From a virus: a stretch of DNA of 64,000 nt. Positions 1 to 10,649 of the stretch are shown one piece after another. The notes under the pieces are model-generated. The model was not told the DNA's origin. It made no database searches and worked only from the letters and a program-made list of their open reading frames with translations. The stretch is from the IMG/VR virus record IMGVR_UViG_3300045988_089178; one strand, 5' to 3'. Both the position numbers and the translations under genes were made by a program. Numbering within the stretch: position 1 is the first letter of the stretch; the number at the start of each line of letters is the position of its first letter.

Positions 1-1379
1 AATTTTAAATTAGGACGAAGAAGATTTTTATTGCTATCAAGTATTGGATCAAGTTTTACCAAATCTTCATCTGTAACTCCAAGAAGAATCATGCCAACAT
101 CAATTCTATCTGCAATACTTTTAGCTCCACGTAACAAATTTTGATCTGGTGTTTCACTATTCTAATAATCTGCATTTAATTGAGTTGCAGACATAATAAA
201 TATACCATATTTATTTGCTAAATCTTTTAATCTTGCGGAAAGCATGAATAAGATATTATCTTCTCTTAATTTAACTCCGCCAGATTTCTTACTAATTTCT
301 TCAAGAATCTTGAGAGATGTTTGTAAATAATCGAATAAAACATACTTAACTTCATGTTCACGGATATTCTTTTTTATTTTATTTTCTACATCTTGCAAAG
401 AAAAATCCGGCAATTCTTCAATCCAAATCGGACTTCTTTTAATAATTTCCGCGGCTTTGAGAACTCGATCCTTTTCTCCATCAAAATATTGGCCATTCAA
501 GATATGTTCTTCATTTACATCAGAAAGAAATGCTAACATCATAGTTTGCACTTCTCCTTTATCTTGCTCTGTCGCAATAAACAAAGTTGGTTGAGAAGTT
601 CCGTTTTTAATCCATCCAAATTGATCATGATAGATCTCATTACACGCAAAATTACAAGCATCTGCAATCATTGATCTAGTTTTTCCAGTTCCTGTAGCAG
701 CTGACCGCAAATAAAATTTTCGCAATCTTGCGCCTCTTGTTACTGTATTAATCAATGGGCCATATAAAGGAATACCGACTTCTGGATGTTGTTCTAAATC
801 ACTGATTAAATCGTCGATTCCGTCTCCGGCTTGATACCCCAATCCTAAATCATCTTCAATATATTTACTCTTGATTTCATCTATTTTTACATCAATAGCA
901 TGAGCTATTTCAACTAAACTTGTATTATCTAACCAATCTTCTTGCATTTGTCTCTTTTTAGTATCAAGAATATTATTTGGATCGTAAAGATAGGTTACAT
1001 CAAGGCCAAAATTATTATATGCCCTTAATAGAGTGAATTTTTTTAATCTATTATAGTAGTAATTAAAAGTATCCTATCGAGCGTTTTGTGATGCTTCAAG
1101 AAGATAATCTACACCTTTATTTTGTTTAAATATAGCATCAAATTTGGGTCTATTCGCTAAATAATCTATAATTGCATCAATATTGACTTGACTGCCTGTT
1201 AGATGAATATTATAGATACTCCCAAAGATAATTTTGTGAAAATCCTCTTGAAAATCATCTTCATGAATTATATATTTATCTGCATCATCGAGAATAGAGG
1301 CATTATTAAATACACACCCAATTATTTGAGTAATTGCTGCTGTATCTACATAGTTACTCTTCATGTGTTTCCTCCTCAT
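1..1379 (-). CDS. dnaB: DnaB-like replicative helicase (N-terminal domain + RecA-like C-terminal ATPase); runs past the window start; in-frame TAG at 162-164 and 1074-1076
   Basis: N-terminal DnaB-like domain (1379..1077). Walker A GTGKT. C-terminal motif QLNADY[TAG]NSETPDQNLLRGAKSIADRIDVGMILL matches DnaB H4 (QLNRSLEQRADKRP..SDLRESG.IEQDAD). ORFs 162..947 and 1074..1379 are in one frame, joined only by TAG. Confidence 0.7.
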
Positions 1380-1887
1380 TTAAGAAAGTAAATAGCTTTC
1401 GTATATGTTTCATTGGTTGTCGCTGAGGAGGCTCTATATGAACTTCTCTTACAGGCAAAATAAATTCTTTTATATTTACCTGCTCATTTCTTTCTCTTGC
1501 TTCCCACAATGCTCTCCAATATAGATATGCTTCATCATAAACAAAAGGAACAATACCAATTCCACCATTGGCCTTTTCAATAGAATTTCCTTTTATCTCA
1601 AAAAAATATTTTAATGTTTTATATATTCCTGTATATGAATAATTTCTATCTTTTTTAAAGGTTTCTATTTGTTTTTTAATTTTTGGGGAGATACAATTAA
1701 TTCCAAATAAATCCTTTATATATTTTTCTAATAATTCTTTATCTTTTTCTTCTTGAGTTTTATTTTCTTCTGCCGTTTGCGCACAAGTTTTATGAGCGTA
1801 ACGTCTTGAGTTTGGTTTAACGTATGGGGTGGTTGATGCATCAAATACTTCTCCACAGTAAAAACATTTTACCATGTGTTTCGCCAT
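1354..1887 (-). CDS. zinc-ribbon protein, probably replication-associated (hypothetical)
   Basis: N-terminal CxxC...HxxC; sits between helicase and Sak4-like genes. Confidence 0.35.
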   Translation of the reverse strand: MAKHMVKCFYCGEVFDASTTPYVKPNSRRYAHKTCAQTAEENKTQEEKDKELLEKYIKDLFGINCISPKIKKQIETFKKDRNYSYTGIYKTLKYFFEIKGNSIEKANGGIGIVPFVYDEAYLYWRALWEARERNEQVNIKEFILPVREVHIEPPQRQPMKHIRKLFTFLNEEETHEE

Positions 1888-1989
1888 ACATTACGCTCCT
1901 TTCTTTATAACCTTATATAAATATAATATCATATTTTAGATAAAAAATCAAGGAAGGAGAAATATCCTTGATACTCTCCTTCCTTTTAT

Positions 1990-2970
1990 TTAGGTCTTAA
2001 TTAAGTCTTCTAATTCATGAATAATTAGATCCAATTGTTCAGACTGTTCGGGAGTGCAGTCTCCAACTTTTTTCCCTTTGCCTAAAAATTTATCAACAAT
2101 AGCAGTAATTTTAACTGCATTGGATTGATTTTCTGACATAAGATTTCCAACTAAATCATTAAATCTTGTCATTAGATAATCAAAATCATAAGTAACATCT
2201 TCTGTGACAACTTGTGTTGCCTCATCTGTAATATACTTGCCACCAGTTTCTTCTGCTTGCTTATCAATAGCATCAGAAATTGCTTTTACAAGATTATCAT
2301 ATGTAAATTCAATAGATTCTGGAACATATTTAAATCTTGAACCGGCAACATATTGCGGAGTTCCGCGCATAAAGAGACGAGTTTCTGTGCCTCCAGATTC
2401 ATTGGTTACAGAACGAGAATAACCAATAATATCACAAGTTCTCTCACAAATTAATCTACCTCTATTGTCAAGAGTTGGTACAATTTGAGAAGCGACATCT
2501 TCTCCTTTTGCATTTTTTTCTGTCTTTACTTTGGCATGAGAAATCAAAATAAGACCATAATTAAGTTGTAGAATTTTACGAATTGCTTCATCAAATTCTG
2601 TACTAACAAGTGCGTATCCCTTTCCATAAGGAATATCACCAATAGTATCAACAGCCTCGCGTCCGCAAATAAATTTCTCACAATAGCCATATGCAATGTC
2701 TGCTGTATCAATTACAATAGTTTGGAATTTTTCTTGAACTTCTGGAGTTTTTAATTCACTAAAAAGTTTCTTAAATTCACCCCAACTATTGATTGGTTGA
2801 GCATATACTCCTGGCAAGGCATTATAACCTTTCTCAAAAGCAAGTAGTAGCGCTTTTGGAAACTTACTAGCAATAGTTGTTTTGCCAGACTTTGGATCCC
2901 CATAGAAAAATACTGAATAACCTCTTAAATCTCTTGATACTTCATGTGGTTTAATATCTAATAAACTCAT
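1990..2970 (-). CDS. Sak4-like (AAA_24) RecA-fold recombination ATPase
   Basis: Walker A FFYGDPKSGKTT; Walker B VIDTAD; overall AAA_24 layout. Confidence 0.55.
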   Translation of the reverse strand: MSLLDIKPHEVSRDLRGYSVFFYGDPKSGKTTIASKFPKALLLAFEKGYNALPGVYAQPINSWGEFKKLFSELKTPEVQEKFQTIVIDTADIAYGYCEKFICGREAVDTIGDIPYGKGYALVSTEFDEAIRKILQLNYGLILISHAKVKTEKNAKGEDVASQIVPTLDNRGRLICERTCDIIGYSRSVTNESGGTETRLFMRGTPQYVAGSRFKYVPESIEFTYDNLVKAISDAIDKQAEETGGKYITDEATQVVTEDVTYDFDYLMTRFNDLVGNLMSENQSNAVKITAIVDKFLGKGKKVGDCTPEQSEQLDLIIHELEDLIKT

Positions 2971-3027
2971 TTATTAATCGCTCCTTCTAAAATTAATTGG
3001 GAAAGAAAGGGAGAAAATCTCCCTTTC

Positions 3028-3984
3028 TTAGAATTTATATTCTCCCTTTGCAGGAGCGGAAGTAGAAGTACCGCTAAGTGCGTTACCCTTTGTAGCCTGA
3101 TACTCGTCTTGACGCTTTTTAATTTCTGCAAGAGTAACTTCGCGAGCAGCCATCTTTTCATTAAGTTCAGAAACAAGAAGAGTCTCTTCGCTATCCCACG
3201 CATAAGTTTCAGGTTGTGCCCAGTTAATTACAAAATCTCGCTGAGAGTTACGAACCTCTTTTACCTTTGTATCACCAAAAGCACTTTCTTCTTCAATTTT
3301 GCGAATTACTGTCTTAGAAATTTGAACACCTTGTACTCTAGTAAATACTGGAGAACTAGAAGTTGCTCCAAGATTCTCAAAATAATCAAGAGCCTTTTCT
3401 GGTGCATAAGGAGTATATACATTAAATTCAACAGGAAGTAGAGATCCACGGAAATCAAAAATGCACCCTTTTACAGTTACCTTTTCAGGTAAATCGCGCT
3501 CTTCATCAGCTTCTGTACGAATTACATTAGTAATAACCATATCAGTATCAAATGTTGCACGATTCTTTTCTTCCGCGAGCTCCTGAGTCACATGGACAAA
3601 CCCACCCTCATTTCTTTTTACACTTACAAGAGGGTGACCAGTAGTATTATTATCATACCACTCATTTAGACCAATAGCAGAATCAATACGGAGCTTTCCT
3701 GCGTTTTCTTTACCATGCTCCATTACAGAGCCAATCTTTCCCTCAATAATATTCAAAAGAACTCCATAGGTAGAATTTGCTTTTCCGTTTTTAGTAGTCT
3801 CAGTTACATAACTAAAATGAACATCAACTACATTTAGCATTTCATCATCGGTTGCAATTCTTAAAATACCGTTAATAAACTCTGTTCCAGGATTTTTAGA
3901 ATTTTCTCCAGAAACTTTCTTTTCGAGCTTATGCTCATAGACATACCCTTCAATATGAGTAGCATTAATCATTTTCTTTTTCAT
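3028..3984 (-). CDS. hypothetical protein (possible ssDNA-binding protein)
   Basis: 318-aa ORF next to Sak4-like gene; no motif recognised. Confidence 0.3.
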   Translation of the reverse strand: MKKKMINATHIEGYVYEHKLEKKVSGENSKNPGTEFINGILRIATDDEMLNVVDVHFSYVTETTKNGKANSTYGVLLNIIEGKIGSVMEHGKENAGKLRIDSAIGLNEWYDNNTTGHPLVSVKRNEGGFVHVTQELAEEKNRATFDTDMVITNVIRTEADEERDLPEKVTVKGCIFDFRGSLLPVEFNVYTPYAPEKALDYFENLGATSSSPVFTRVQGVQISKTVIRKIEEESAFGDTKVKEVRNSQRDFVINWAQPETYAWDSEETLLVSELNEKMAAREVTLAEIKKRQDEYQATKGNALSGTSTSAPAKGEYKF

Positions 3985-4360
3985 TATTTAACTCTCCTCT
4001 ATACTTTTCAATATCAAAATTTTTACCTTTTTCGGTCAGGGTATAAACCACAGGATTAGAACCAAACTTCTCAACAAAACCATCAGAAACTAACTTTCTA
4101 ATAGAACCAGAAACTTTTCTGGAAGAAATCTCCATCCCATCAGCTATATCTTTTGCTTTTAAAGATTTAGCATTACTATTTTGAAGATACTCAAGGATTT
4201 GAAATCCAGTTTCAGTAAAAAGAGGTTTATCAATATGCTTGTCTTGTTGTGAACGAAGAATATCATAAAATTCTTTTACTTCATCCGGGATAATAACAGG
4301 TTCTTTACAATTAGCTATAAGCCAATCAAAATAATTTAAAAAAGTCTCACATTTGTTCAT
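3965..4360 (-). CDS. winged-helix transcription regulator (MarR-like)
   Basis: 131 aa, wHTH-like region SRKVSGSIRKLVSDGFV. Confidence 0.35.
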   Translation of the reverse strand: MNKCETFLNYFDWLIANCKEPVIIPDEVKEFYDILRSQQDKHIDKPLFTETGFQILEYLQNSNAKSLKAKDIADGMEISSRKVSGSIRKLVSDGFVEKFGSNPVVYTLTEKGKNFDIEKYRGELNNEKEND

Positions 4361-4413
4361 ATCATTTTCCTCTTTATTTTATATAAATATAATAACATAT
4401 AAAATAAAGATTG

Positions 4414-5040
4414 TCAATCAAGAGCAATATCATCAAAGATTACAGAGATTTTTTCCTTGACTTTATTAAGTGCAATAATTGCTACTTCTCTCATTTGCGG
4501 ATGCGCGGCTGGAGAGCAGCGAAGCTTGAAGAAATGCCGCCATTCCCGCAAATCCGCAGTCATAACTACTTCTGTTTTTAAACTATTAGGTAGAACTGCT
4601 CTTGCTTCTTGGGGTGTGCATCCAGTAGAGAGCATATTAAAATATTCCTCTTCCGCATTTTGGCAGGCATTATACCAATGATCGTAAGCTGGATTGCTCT
4701 TGATTAAGAAACAGGGTTCAATAACAGTAATTTCATTTCCGAACCCGTCTTTCGAATAATTGCAATATCTTGTAGATTCTTGACAATAGGCAGCCAATCT
4801 ATGACGAACAATTTCATGGCTAACACCTCTATCGCAAATAAATTTAAGAGTAAAAGAGCAATGCTCGAGGACTGCTTCATGTCCTCTTTTAATAATATTC
4901 TAAACAAATTTTACAGCACTATCTTCTGTAATCTTATCTTCAGATTTATAACAAACTCTACCGCACTGTTCAATTCGTTTAAGAATTATCTCACCGTCAA
5001 TAGGTGTAATCAGTTCAACATCTGGCTTAATAATTTTCAT
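4414..5040 (-). CDS. thyX: FAD-dependent thymidylate synthase ThyX with in-frame TAG at 4900-4902
   Basis: N-terminus MKIIKPDVELITP..GRVCYKSEDK..[TAG]NIIKRGHEAVLEH; RHR..S motif HEIVRHRLAAYCQESTRY; C-terminal REWRHFFKLRCSPAAHPQMRE. Confidence 0.75.
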
Positions 5041-5041
5041 A

Positions 5042-5317
5042 TTATTCCTCACTTAAATTATATCCAATAAGTTCCATACAAGGATTTATTAATCGCAATA
5101 ATATCTCTACTTCATCAATTACGAATTTTTCCTTCAAATCTCTACTTTTTAGAAATTCAGAATAACTAATACAATTTAGTCCAATAATTCCATATTGTTC
5201 TGCTTTAATTCTCATTGAGCGTGGATTGCTACATACAAAAATAGCATCATTATCTTTAGCATATTGCATTAGTTGATAGGTTTTTCCAGTACATCTGTTA
5301 CCAATAATTCTAAACAT
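5042..5317 (-). CDS. small P-loop NTPase
   Basis: Walker A GNRCTGKT; ATG overlaps the upstream TAA (taATG). Confidence 0.35.
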   Translation of the reverse strand: MFRIIGNRCTGKTYQLMQYAKDNDAIFVCSNPRSMRIKAEQYGIIGLNCISYSEFLKSRDLKEKFVIDEVEILLRLINPCMELIGYNLSEE

Positions 5318-6230
5318 TAAGACCCTCCGCGAGTAGTATTTAAACCAAAATCTTTCGTTTTATAAAACTCAATCCAATAAGTTTCTCTCTCATTTAAATT
5401 TTCCCTTGAAACTTCTTCTAAAATCTCAAAGGTAAAATTATGAACTCCAGATTTCTACATGGTAGAATATAGTTTATTGGTTGCTTTTCCGTAAGTTAAA
5501 GCAGATTTAATATGTTGTCTAAAACGTTCTTTTATATCAACTGACTATCCTATATAGGATTTCCCAGTGGTCAAATCAGTTATCCTATAAATCCCACAAT
5601 ATTTAATTGCTTTTGGGAATAACCGAGCTGTTAATATATCATAAGCTGGTTTATAATACACTTCCCATATTAACTTATCTATGCTTTCTTTTTTGACAAA
5701 TCTAGGTTGCAACTCACGCAATAATGTAATATCATTTATATCAATTTCATCAAGAGCTAAACGATAGTAATCTTGATTAGAGTCAATCTCTTCCTATCTT
5801 TGTTGAGCCTAAATATAAGCAAGTTGTTTAGCTTGTAAATCCGCTAATTTACTGGATTCGATAGAAATTTTATTTGATAAATCTTGACTTTTAGCATCAA
5901 AAGTCATAGTAAGCTCATTTTCTTTTTCTTCATAGGATTTTAAAAGTGCGGAAATGCGAATCTAGTATGCCTCATCAGCTTGCTTTTGTGCATTTTCCCG
6001 CATTTCTTCCTAAGATTTTACTAGAGAAGAAAGAATTTCATTTTCAGAGTATATATTTTCTTTTATATTAGATAATACTTCTCTATTATGTTTTATTTCC
6101 TATTCTATCTCTGAGTTTTTCCTCTAATTATCTATATTAACTTCAATTATTTGATGCTCTTGTTTCTTGAGATAATAGATATAAATTATTAACCCGATTA
6201 TAGTAATTAATAATAACCCTATAATCATAT
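5316..6230 (-). CDS. GIY-YIG endonuclease-like protein with N-terminal TM helix and coiled coil; at least 8 in-frame TAG
   Basis: Manual translation: MIIGLLLITIIGLIIYIYY...; C-terminal GIYRITDLTTGKSYIG[TAG]SVDIKERFRQH...ETYWIEFYKTKDFGLNT; starts just after terminator hairpin 6233-6266. Confidence 0.5.
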
Positions 6231-6232
6231 TT

Positions 6233-6266
6233 AAAAAATTCGGGGAGAGTTAACCTCTCCCCGAAC
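6233..6266 (-). terminator. rho-independent terminator
   Basis: cggggagag-gttaac-ctctccccg then T-run on minus. Confidence 0.6.
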
Positions 6267-6270
6267 AAAA

Positions 6271-6546
6271 TTACTCTTGAGCGTCTGGGTCGAGATCTAG
6301 CCCGCTTTGAGTTAAATGGAGATACTTTACCTTCTGATGAGAACCATCTTCAAGAGTTACCTCATCAGGAACGCGCTCTCCAAGTCCCTTGCGTTGGAAA
6401 GCAGAAGTAAAAATACCATCAACTTGACGCTTCTCAAGTCCAAGAGCTTCAGCAACATCTGCCGCTGTTAAATTTTCACCATTATGCTCCTTTAAATAAT
6501 CTAAAACCTTACGAGTATTTTCTTTCATAGCTGCCATAGTAGACAT
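6271..6546 (-). CDS. small HTH-like protein
   Basis: 91 aa; LTAADVAEALGLEKRQV. Confidence 0.3.
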   Translation of the reverse strand: MSTMAAMKENTRKVLDYLKEHNGENLTAADVAEALGLEKRQVDGIFTSAFQRKGLGERVPDEVTLEDGSHQKVKYLHLTQSGLDLDPDAQE

Positions 6547-6876
6547 TCTCCTTTAATAATAAATTTATTTTAATTTAATTTGTTGCTAAATCTTGAACCA
6601 TAGTGTCAATTTCTAGCATAATATTTATCCCGTCGCTTAATGACATAATTTGATTGGTAATCTGCATAATTCGATTATCGGCTCGGGATTTTTCTTCCTT
6701 TGAGGAAGTTTCATTTTGGTGAATTTGCTCACATTTATAAAGTTCTTGAGCGAGCTTTTTCATCTATTTTCGGGTCATATAATTTCTATCCTTTATCCCT
6801 GAATTACATATATATTATATCTAAAATATTTTTTTAAGTCAAGAATTTTAGGTAAATATCTCAGCAAAGTTAGATT

Positions 6877-7983
6877 TTATGAGAAAATTTCATCTATAAT
6901 ACAATCTTTTGTGTCTTTATCTTCTCTCCACAACTTTAATACTGGGTGTCTTAATGTATGTTCTTTTTTATCAATAGACATGCAATCAAGAGAAACAACT
7001 TTATTAAGATAGTTCCGCGGATTTTCAGTCATATCGCGCTTCATGTCATCAGTTAGACCAGAACTAACCGTACCTAATTCTATTAGTTCGCCTTGATTAT
7101 CATAAGCGCCAACTTTAATTGCTGTATTCCATCCATAGAAATAGTATCTGCTAATAGGGATTGTTCTATAATCGGGAGATCTAATTGCTTTATAGGAATT
7201 TATTTTTTCTTGTTCTACCCATACTCCATTCTCGCCTTGTTTTTCAATAGCCCAATACTCCCATGTATCTATCTCTTTTCCTGTATATTCTTTTGTTGGA
7301 GGACAAAAACCTATGCAGATTAAATCAATAGAATCCATCTGTTTAATTTTAATTGTAGACCAAGCGGGACGTTTTCCAGGAGTATAAGGATAATCCCTTT
7401 TCTTTAAAACCGCGCCTTCGCCGCCACTTTTCAAGATTCGAGAGATTTCTTCTTCAAGATTAGTGTCTACTTTTACTGCTAGCCGCAAGAAACTATATTG
7501 TGATAAATTATGTTTTTCCCATACTGCCGCAAGGATTTTATATCTATCTTCTGCACCGACATTTACTAAATTAATATTATCATATTCAATTATATCATGT
7601 ATATAATAATGAATAGGATTATCTTTTTGCCTTTTGATAGCTAAATCTGGTAGGCATCCCATTATGCTTGTTACTGATTTAGATGTCCCTCCAGGATAAT
7701 AAATCTCGCCAATTAAAATTGTATTTGATGGCATACAATTTAAGGCTTCAATAATATGAGGCACATTTGCACCTTTTTCAGAGAGTAATCCAGTTGTTGT
7801 ACTTGTATTACGAGAAAATAGATAACTGTAGTTATCTGTCTTTTCAAACTCATACCAATATCCATCAATTTTTTCTTCGAGAAAATAATCTCCAGATTGG
7901 CACATTTCAGAAAGCATAGATTCTTTACCAGCAGGTAATTTCCACACCTTCATAGCATCTATCATTTTAGCTTCAGGATACAT
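6877..7983 (-). CDS. ATP-dependent DNA ligase
   Basis: Motif I KxDG in EEKIDGYW; size matches minimal phage ligases. Confidence 0.7.
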   Translation of the reverse strand: MYPEAKMIDAMKVWKLPAGKESMLSEMCQSGDYFLEEKIDGYWYEFEKTDNYSYLFSRNTSTTTGLLSEKGANVPHIIEALNCMPSNTILIGEIYYPGGTSKSVTSIMGCLPDLAIKRQKDNPIHYYIHDIIEYDNINLVNVGAEDRYKILAAVWEKHNLSQYSFLRLAVKVDTNLEEEISRILKSGGEGAVLKKRDYPYTPGKRPAWSTIKIKQMDSIDLICIGFCPPTKEYTGKEIDTWEYWAIEKQGENGVWVEQEKINSYKAIRSPDYRTIPISRYYFYGWNTAIKVGAYDNQGELIELGTVSSGLTDDMKRDMTENPRNYLNKVVSLDCMSIDKKEHTLRHPVLKLWREDKDTKDCIIDEIFS

Positions 7984-8189
7984 TATTTATCAAACTCCTT
8001 ATATTCTTTATATCCAAAGTAAATTCCTATAGGAATGGCATATAAAAATAAAAACCAAGGACTAACAGTAAAACATAAGATGATTGGTAAAAATATTGTC
8101 ATAGCTAAAACGAAGACAAGAAGAATGTCAACTAGTATGAATTTAATAAGAGTAGAATTTTTTAATTTATCAATCATATAAAACCTCAT
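7983..8189 (-). CDS. small membrane protein
   Basis: Two hydrophobic helices. Confidence 0.35.
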   Translation of the reverse strand: MRFYMIDKLKNSTLIKFILVDILLVFVLAMTIFLPIILCFTVSPWFLFLYAIPIGIYFGYKEYKEFDK

Positions 8190-8270
8190 TTTTTCTCTTT
8201 ATATAAATATATTATAATAATAAAAAAGAAAAATCAACTAAAGATAAGAATGGTTTTACCACTCTTATCT

Positions 8271-10637
8271 TTAGATCTTGGCTACTGAAATAATCTTATC
8301 ATTATTTTTTATCATTATATTTCCCATAGAAATTCTTGATAGCTTGGGAAAATCTTTTACACTAACGACAATAGAACTCTTATTACCAGAAATTAAAATA
8401 TCATTATCATCAGACACCAATTCTGCTCCGACAACTGTTCCTTTGTAACATGATACTCCTTTGCCACCGCGGTTTTGTTTATTAAACTCTTTTAGCTCAA
8501 TTTTCTTTCCAAGACCATCTTCTGAAATAATAGCAAGGTAATCTGCATTATTGCTTATTGGTAATGCAGCGATAATACTATCATCATCGGATATATTCAT
8601 TCCTTTTACTCCTTGCGCGGTTCTAGAAGAAATTGGCATTTCCGCGGTATTAAATCTTATAGTCATTCCATTTTTAGTAACAAGTATCATTTCCTCTTGA
8701 TTTATAAAAGTTACTGCGGCGAGTTCATCACCATCTTTTAACTTAATTGATACAATTCCAGTTCTCTTCATTGCGTCATATTCTTCCAGAGGAACTTTTT
8801 TGACTATTCCTTTTTTAGTAGCAAAGAATATAAACTTCTTATTTGTATCTCTTGTTAAAGTAGTATATGCCATAGGAGTTTCATTATCTTCAAAAGTAAT
8901 CAAAGTAGATAAGGGTACGCCAATAGAATTGTTATTTCCTTCTGGAATATTATCCACGAGCAGTCTATACATCTTTCCTTTTGATGAAAATATCATCAAA
9001 GTATCTTGTGTATTTGTAGCAGAAGAAAATGCTATAATGTCATTAATTTTCATTCCAGTAGTATTTCTTTTTTGAGGTTTAAAGGCTTTTTTCGCAATTC
9101 TTTTTACTGTGCCTTTACTAGAAATAATAACAACGCAATCTTCTGGCTCTACAACTACTTGTTCTTTCTCTTGTTTAGGGATTTCTGTATTAATAAGTTT
9201 TGTGCGGCGAGCATCTCCATATGTATCTTTAAGTTCGGTAATAAGTTTAATTAACTTATTATTCCTTACTTCTTTATTATTTAACACCTCATTACACTTA
9301 GCTATAAATTCTATTTTTTCGTTTAGCTCGTCAACTAACTCTTGTTTATCAATGCGAGTTAATTTGCCAAGTTTCATATCTAAAATAGCTTTAGCTTGAA
9401 TATCATCTACATCTAAGAAAGCAATTAGTTCTTTCTTTGCTTCATTAGTGTTATTTGCACTTTTAATAATTTTGATAACTTCATCAATCTTATCAACAGC
9501 AGCGATCAATCCCTCAAGAATATGTTTGCGGGCCTCAGCTTTTTCCTTATCAAACTGAGTTGCTTTAATCAATACATCTTCCTGATGGCTGACATAAATC
9601 TGTAATAAATCTATCATTGAGCAAAGTCTAGGAGTTCCATTTACAATATAATTCATATTATAAGAAATAGAAGATTGTAAGTCAGTTAATACAAATAATT
9701 GATTTAATGCTTTAGATACAGAAACACCATCTTTTACATAAAATACAAGCCTATTATTACCGATATTTGATTCATCATCAAAATCTTCAATAATCTCACT
9801 TAATGTTTCAATATTCTTCTCTATTTGCTCTTTTATTTTATTTCGATAGGTTCTATAAGGAATACTTGTAAAGATAATTTTTTGCCCATCAATTTCATAG
9901 TCGCCTTGAATTTTCAAAGAGATTGTGGATTTTCCCGTTTTAAACGCGCTCTTTATATCCTTGATATTTAGAACAGTTCCGCCAAGAGGGAAATCTGGGC
10001 CAGGAATATAGGTTAGTAATTCATCAATAGTGAGCGAGCCTTTTTGAATTAGAGCAATTGCTGCATTACATACTTCTGTTAAATTATGTGGAGCGCTATT
10101 ATGGGCCATGGAAATACCAATGGCTTGTCTTCCATTGCAAATAGCATTTGGAAAAAGGGCTGGTAAAATCACTGGCTCCATAAATTCTCCATTATATGTT
10201 TCTTTAATTGGAACTACATTTTTCTTGTAATCATTCATCATTATATCAGCAAATAATGAAGGTTTTGCCTCTGTATAACGAGAAGAAGAAAACATATCAT
10301 TATTTTCTTGAGTTCCTAATTGTCCTTGTCCTGTAATAAGAGGATAACGCATTAAAAATGGTTGTGCCATCTTTCGAAGAACACCATAGCAAGCAATATC
10401 ACCATGAAAGTAAGAGGTGGCTAGAGTAGAACCAACAATAGCATTACACTTTTTGGTCTTACTCTTATTATTCATCTTTAAATAATCTTCCATAGTCCAA
10501 ATGATTTTTCTTTGCGCGCTTAACAGCCCATCCTCCGCCGCAGGAATGGCTCTATCAGTTAAAACCTCTTCTGCATATGTTAAAAATGTGTTTTTTGCTT
10601 CATCAAGAATATCTACTTCTGTAATTAAACTACTCAT
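8271..10637 (-). CDS. type IIA topoisomerase subunit A (GyrA/ParC-like)
   Basis: 788 aa; catalytic-Tyr region SSSRYTEAKPS (cf. AAMRYTEARL). Confidence 0.7.
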   Translation of the reverse strand: MSSLITEVDILDEAKNTFLTYAEEVLTDRAIPAAEDGLLSAQRKIIWTMEDYLKMNNKSKTKKCNAIVGSTLATSYFHGDIACYGVLRKMAQPFLMRYPLITGQGQLGTQENNDMFSSSRYTEAKPSLFADIMMNDYKKNVVPIKETYNGEFMEPVILPALFPNAICNGRQAIGISMAHNSAPHNLTEVCNAAIALIQKGSLTIDELLTYIPGPDFPLGGTVLNIKDIKSAFKTGKSTISLKIQGDYEIDGQKIIFTSIPYRTYRNKIKEQIEKNIETLSEIIEDFDDESNIGNNRLVFYVKDGVSVSKALNQLFVLTDLQSSISYNMNYIVNGTPRLCSMIDLLQIYVSHQEDVLIKATQFDKEKAEARKHILEGLIAAVDKIDEVIKIIKSANNTNEAKKELIAFLDVDDIQAKAILDMKLGKLTRIDKQELVDELNEKIEFIAKCNEVLNNKEVRNNKLIKLITELKDTYGDARRTKLINTEIPKQEKEQVVVEPEDCVVIISSKGTVKRIAKKAFKPQKRNTTGMKINDIIAFSSATNTQDTLMIFSSKGKMYRLLVDNIPEGNNNSIGVPLSTLITFEDNETPMAYTTLTRDTNKKFIFFATKKGIVKKVPLEEYDAMKRTGIVSIKLKDGDELAAVTFINQEEMILVTKNGMTIRFNTAEMPISSRTAQGVKGMNISDDDSIIAALPISNNADYLAIISEDGLGKKIELKEFNKQNRGGKGVSCYKGTVVGAELVSDDNDILISGNKSSIVVSVKDFPKLSRISMGNIMIKNNDKIISVAKI

Positions 10638-10649
10638 TTATACACTTCC

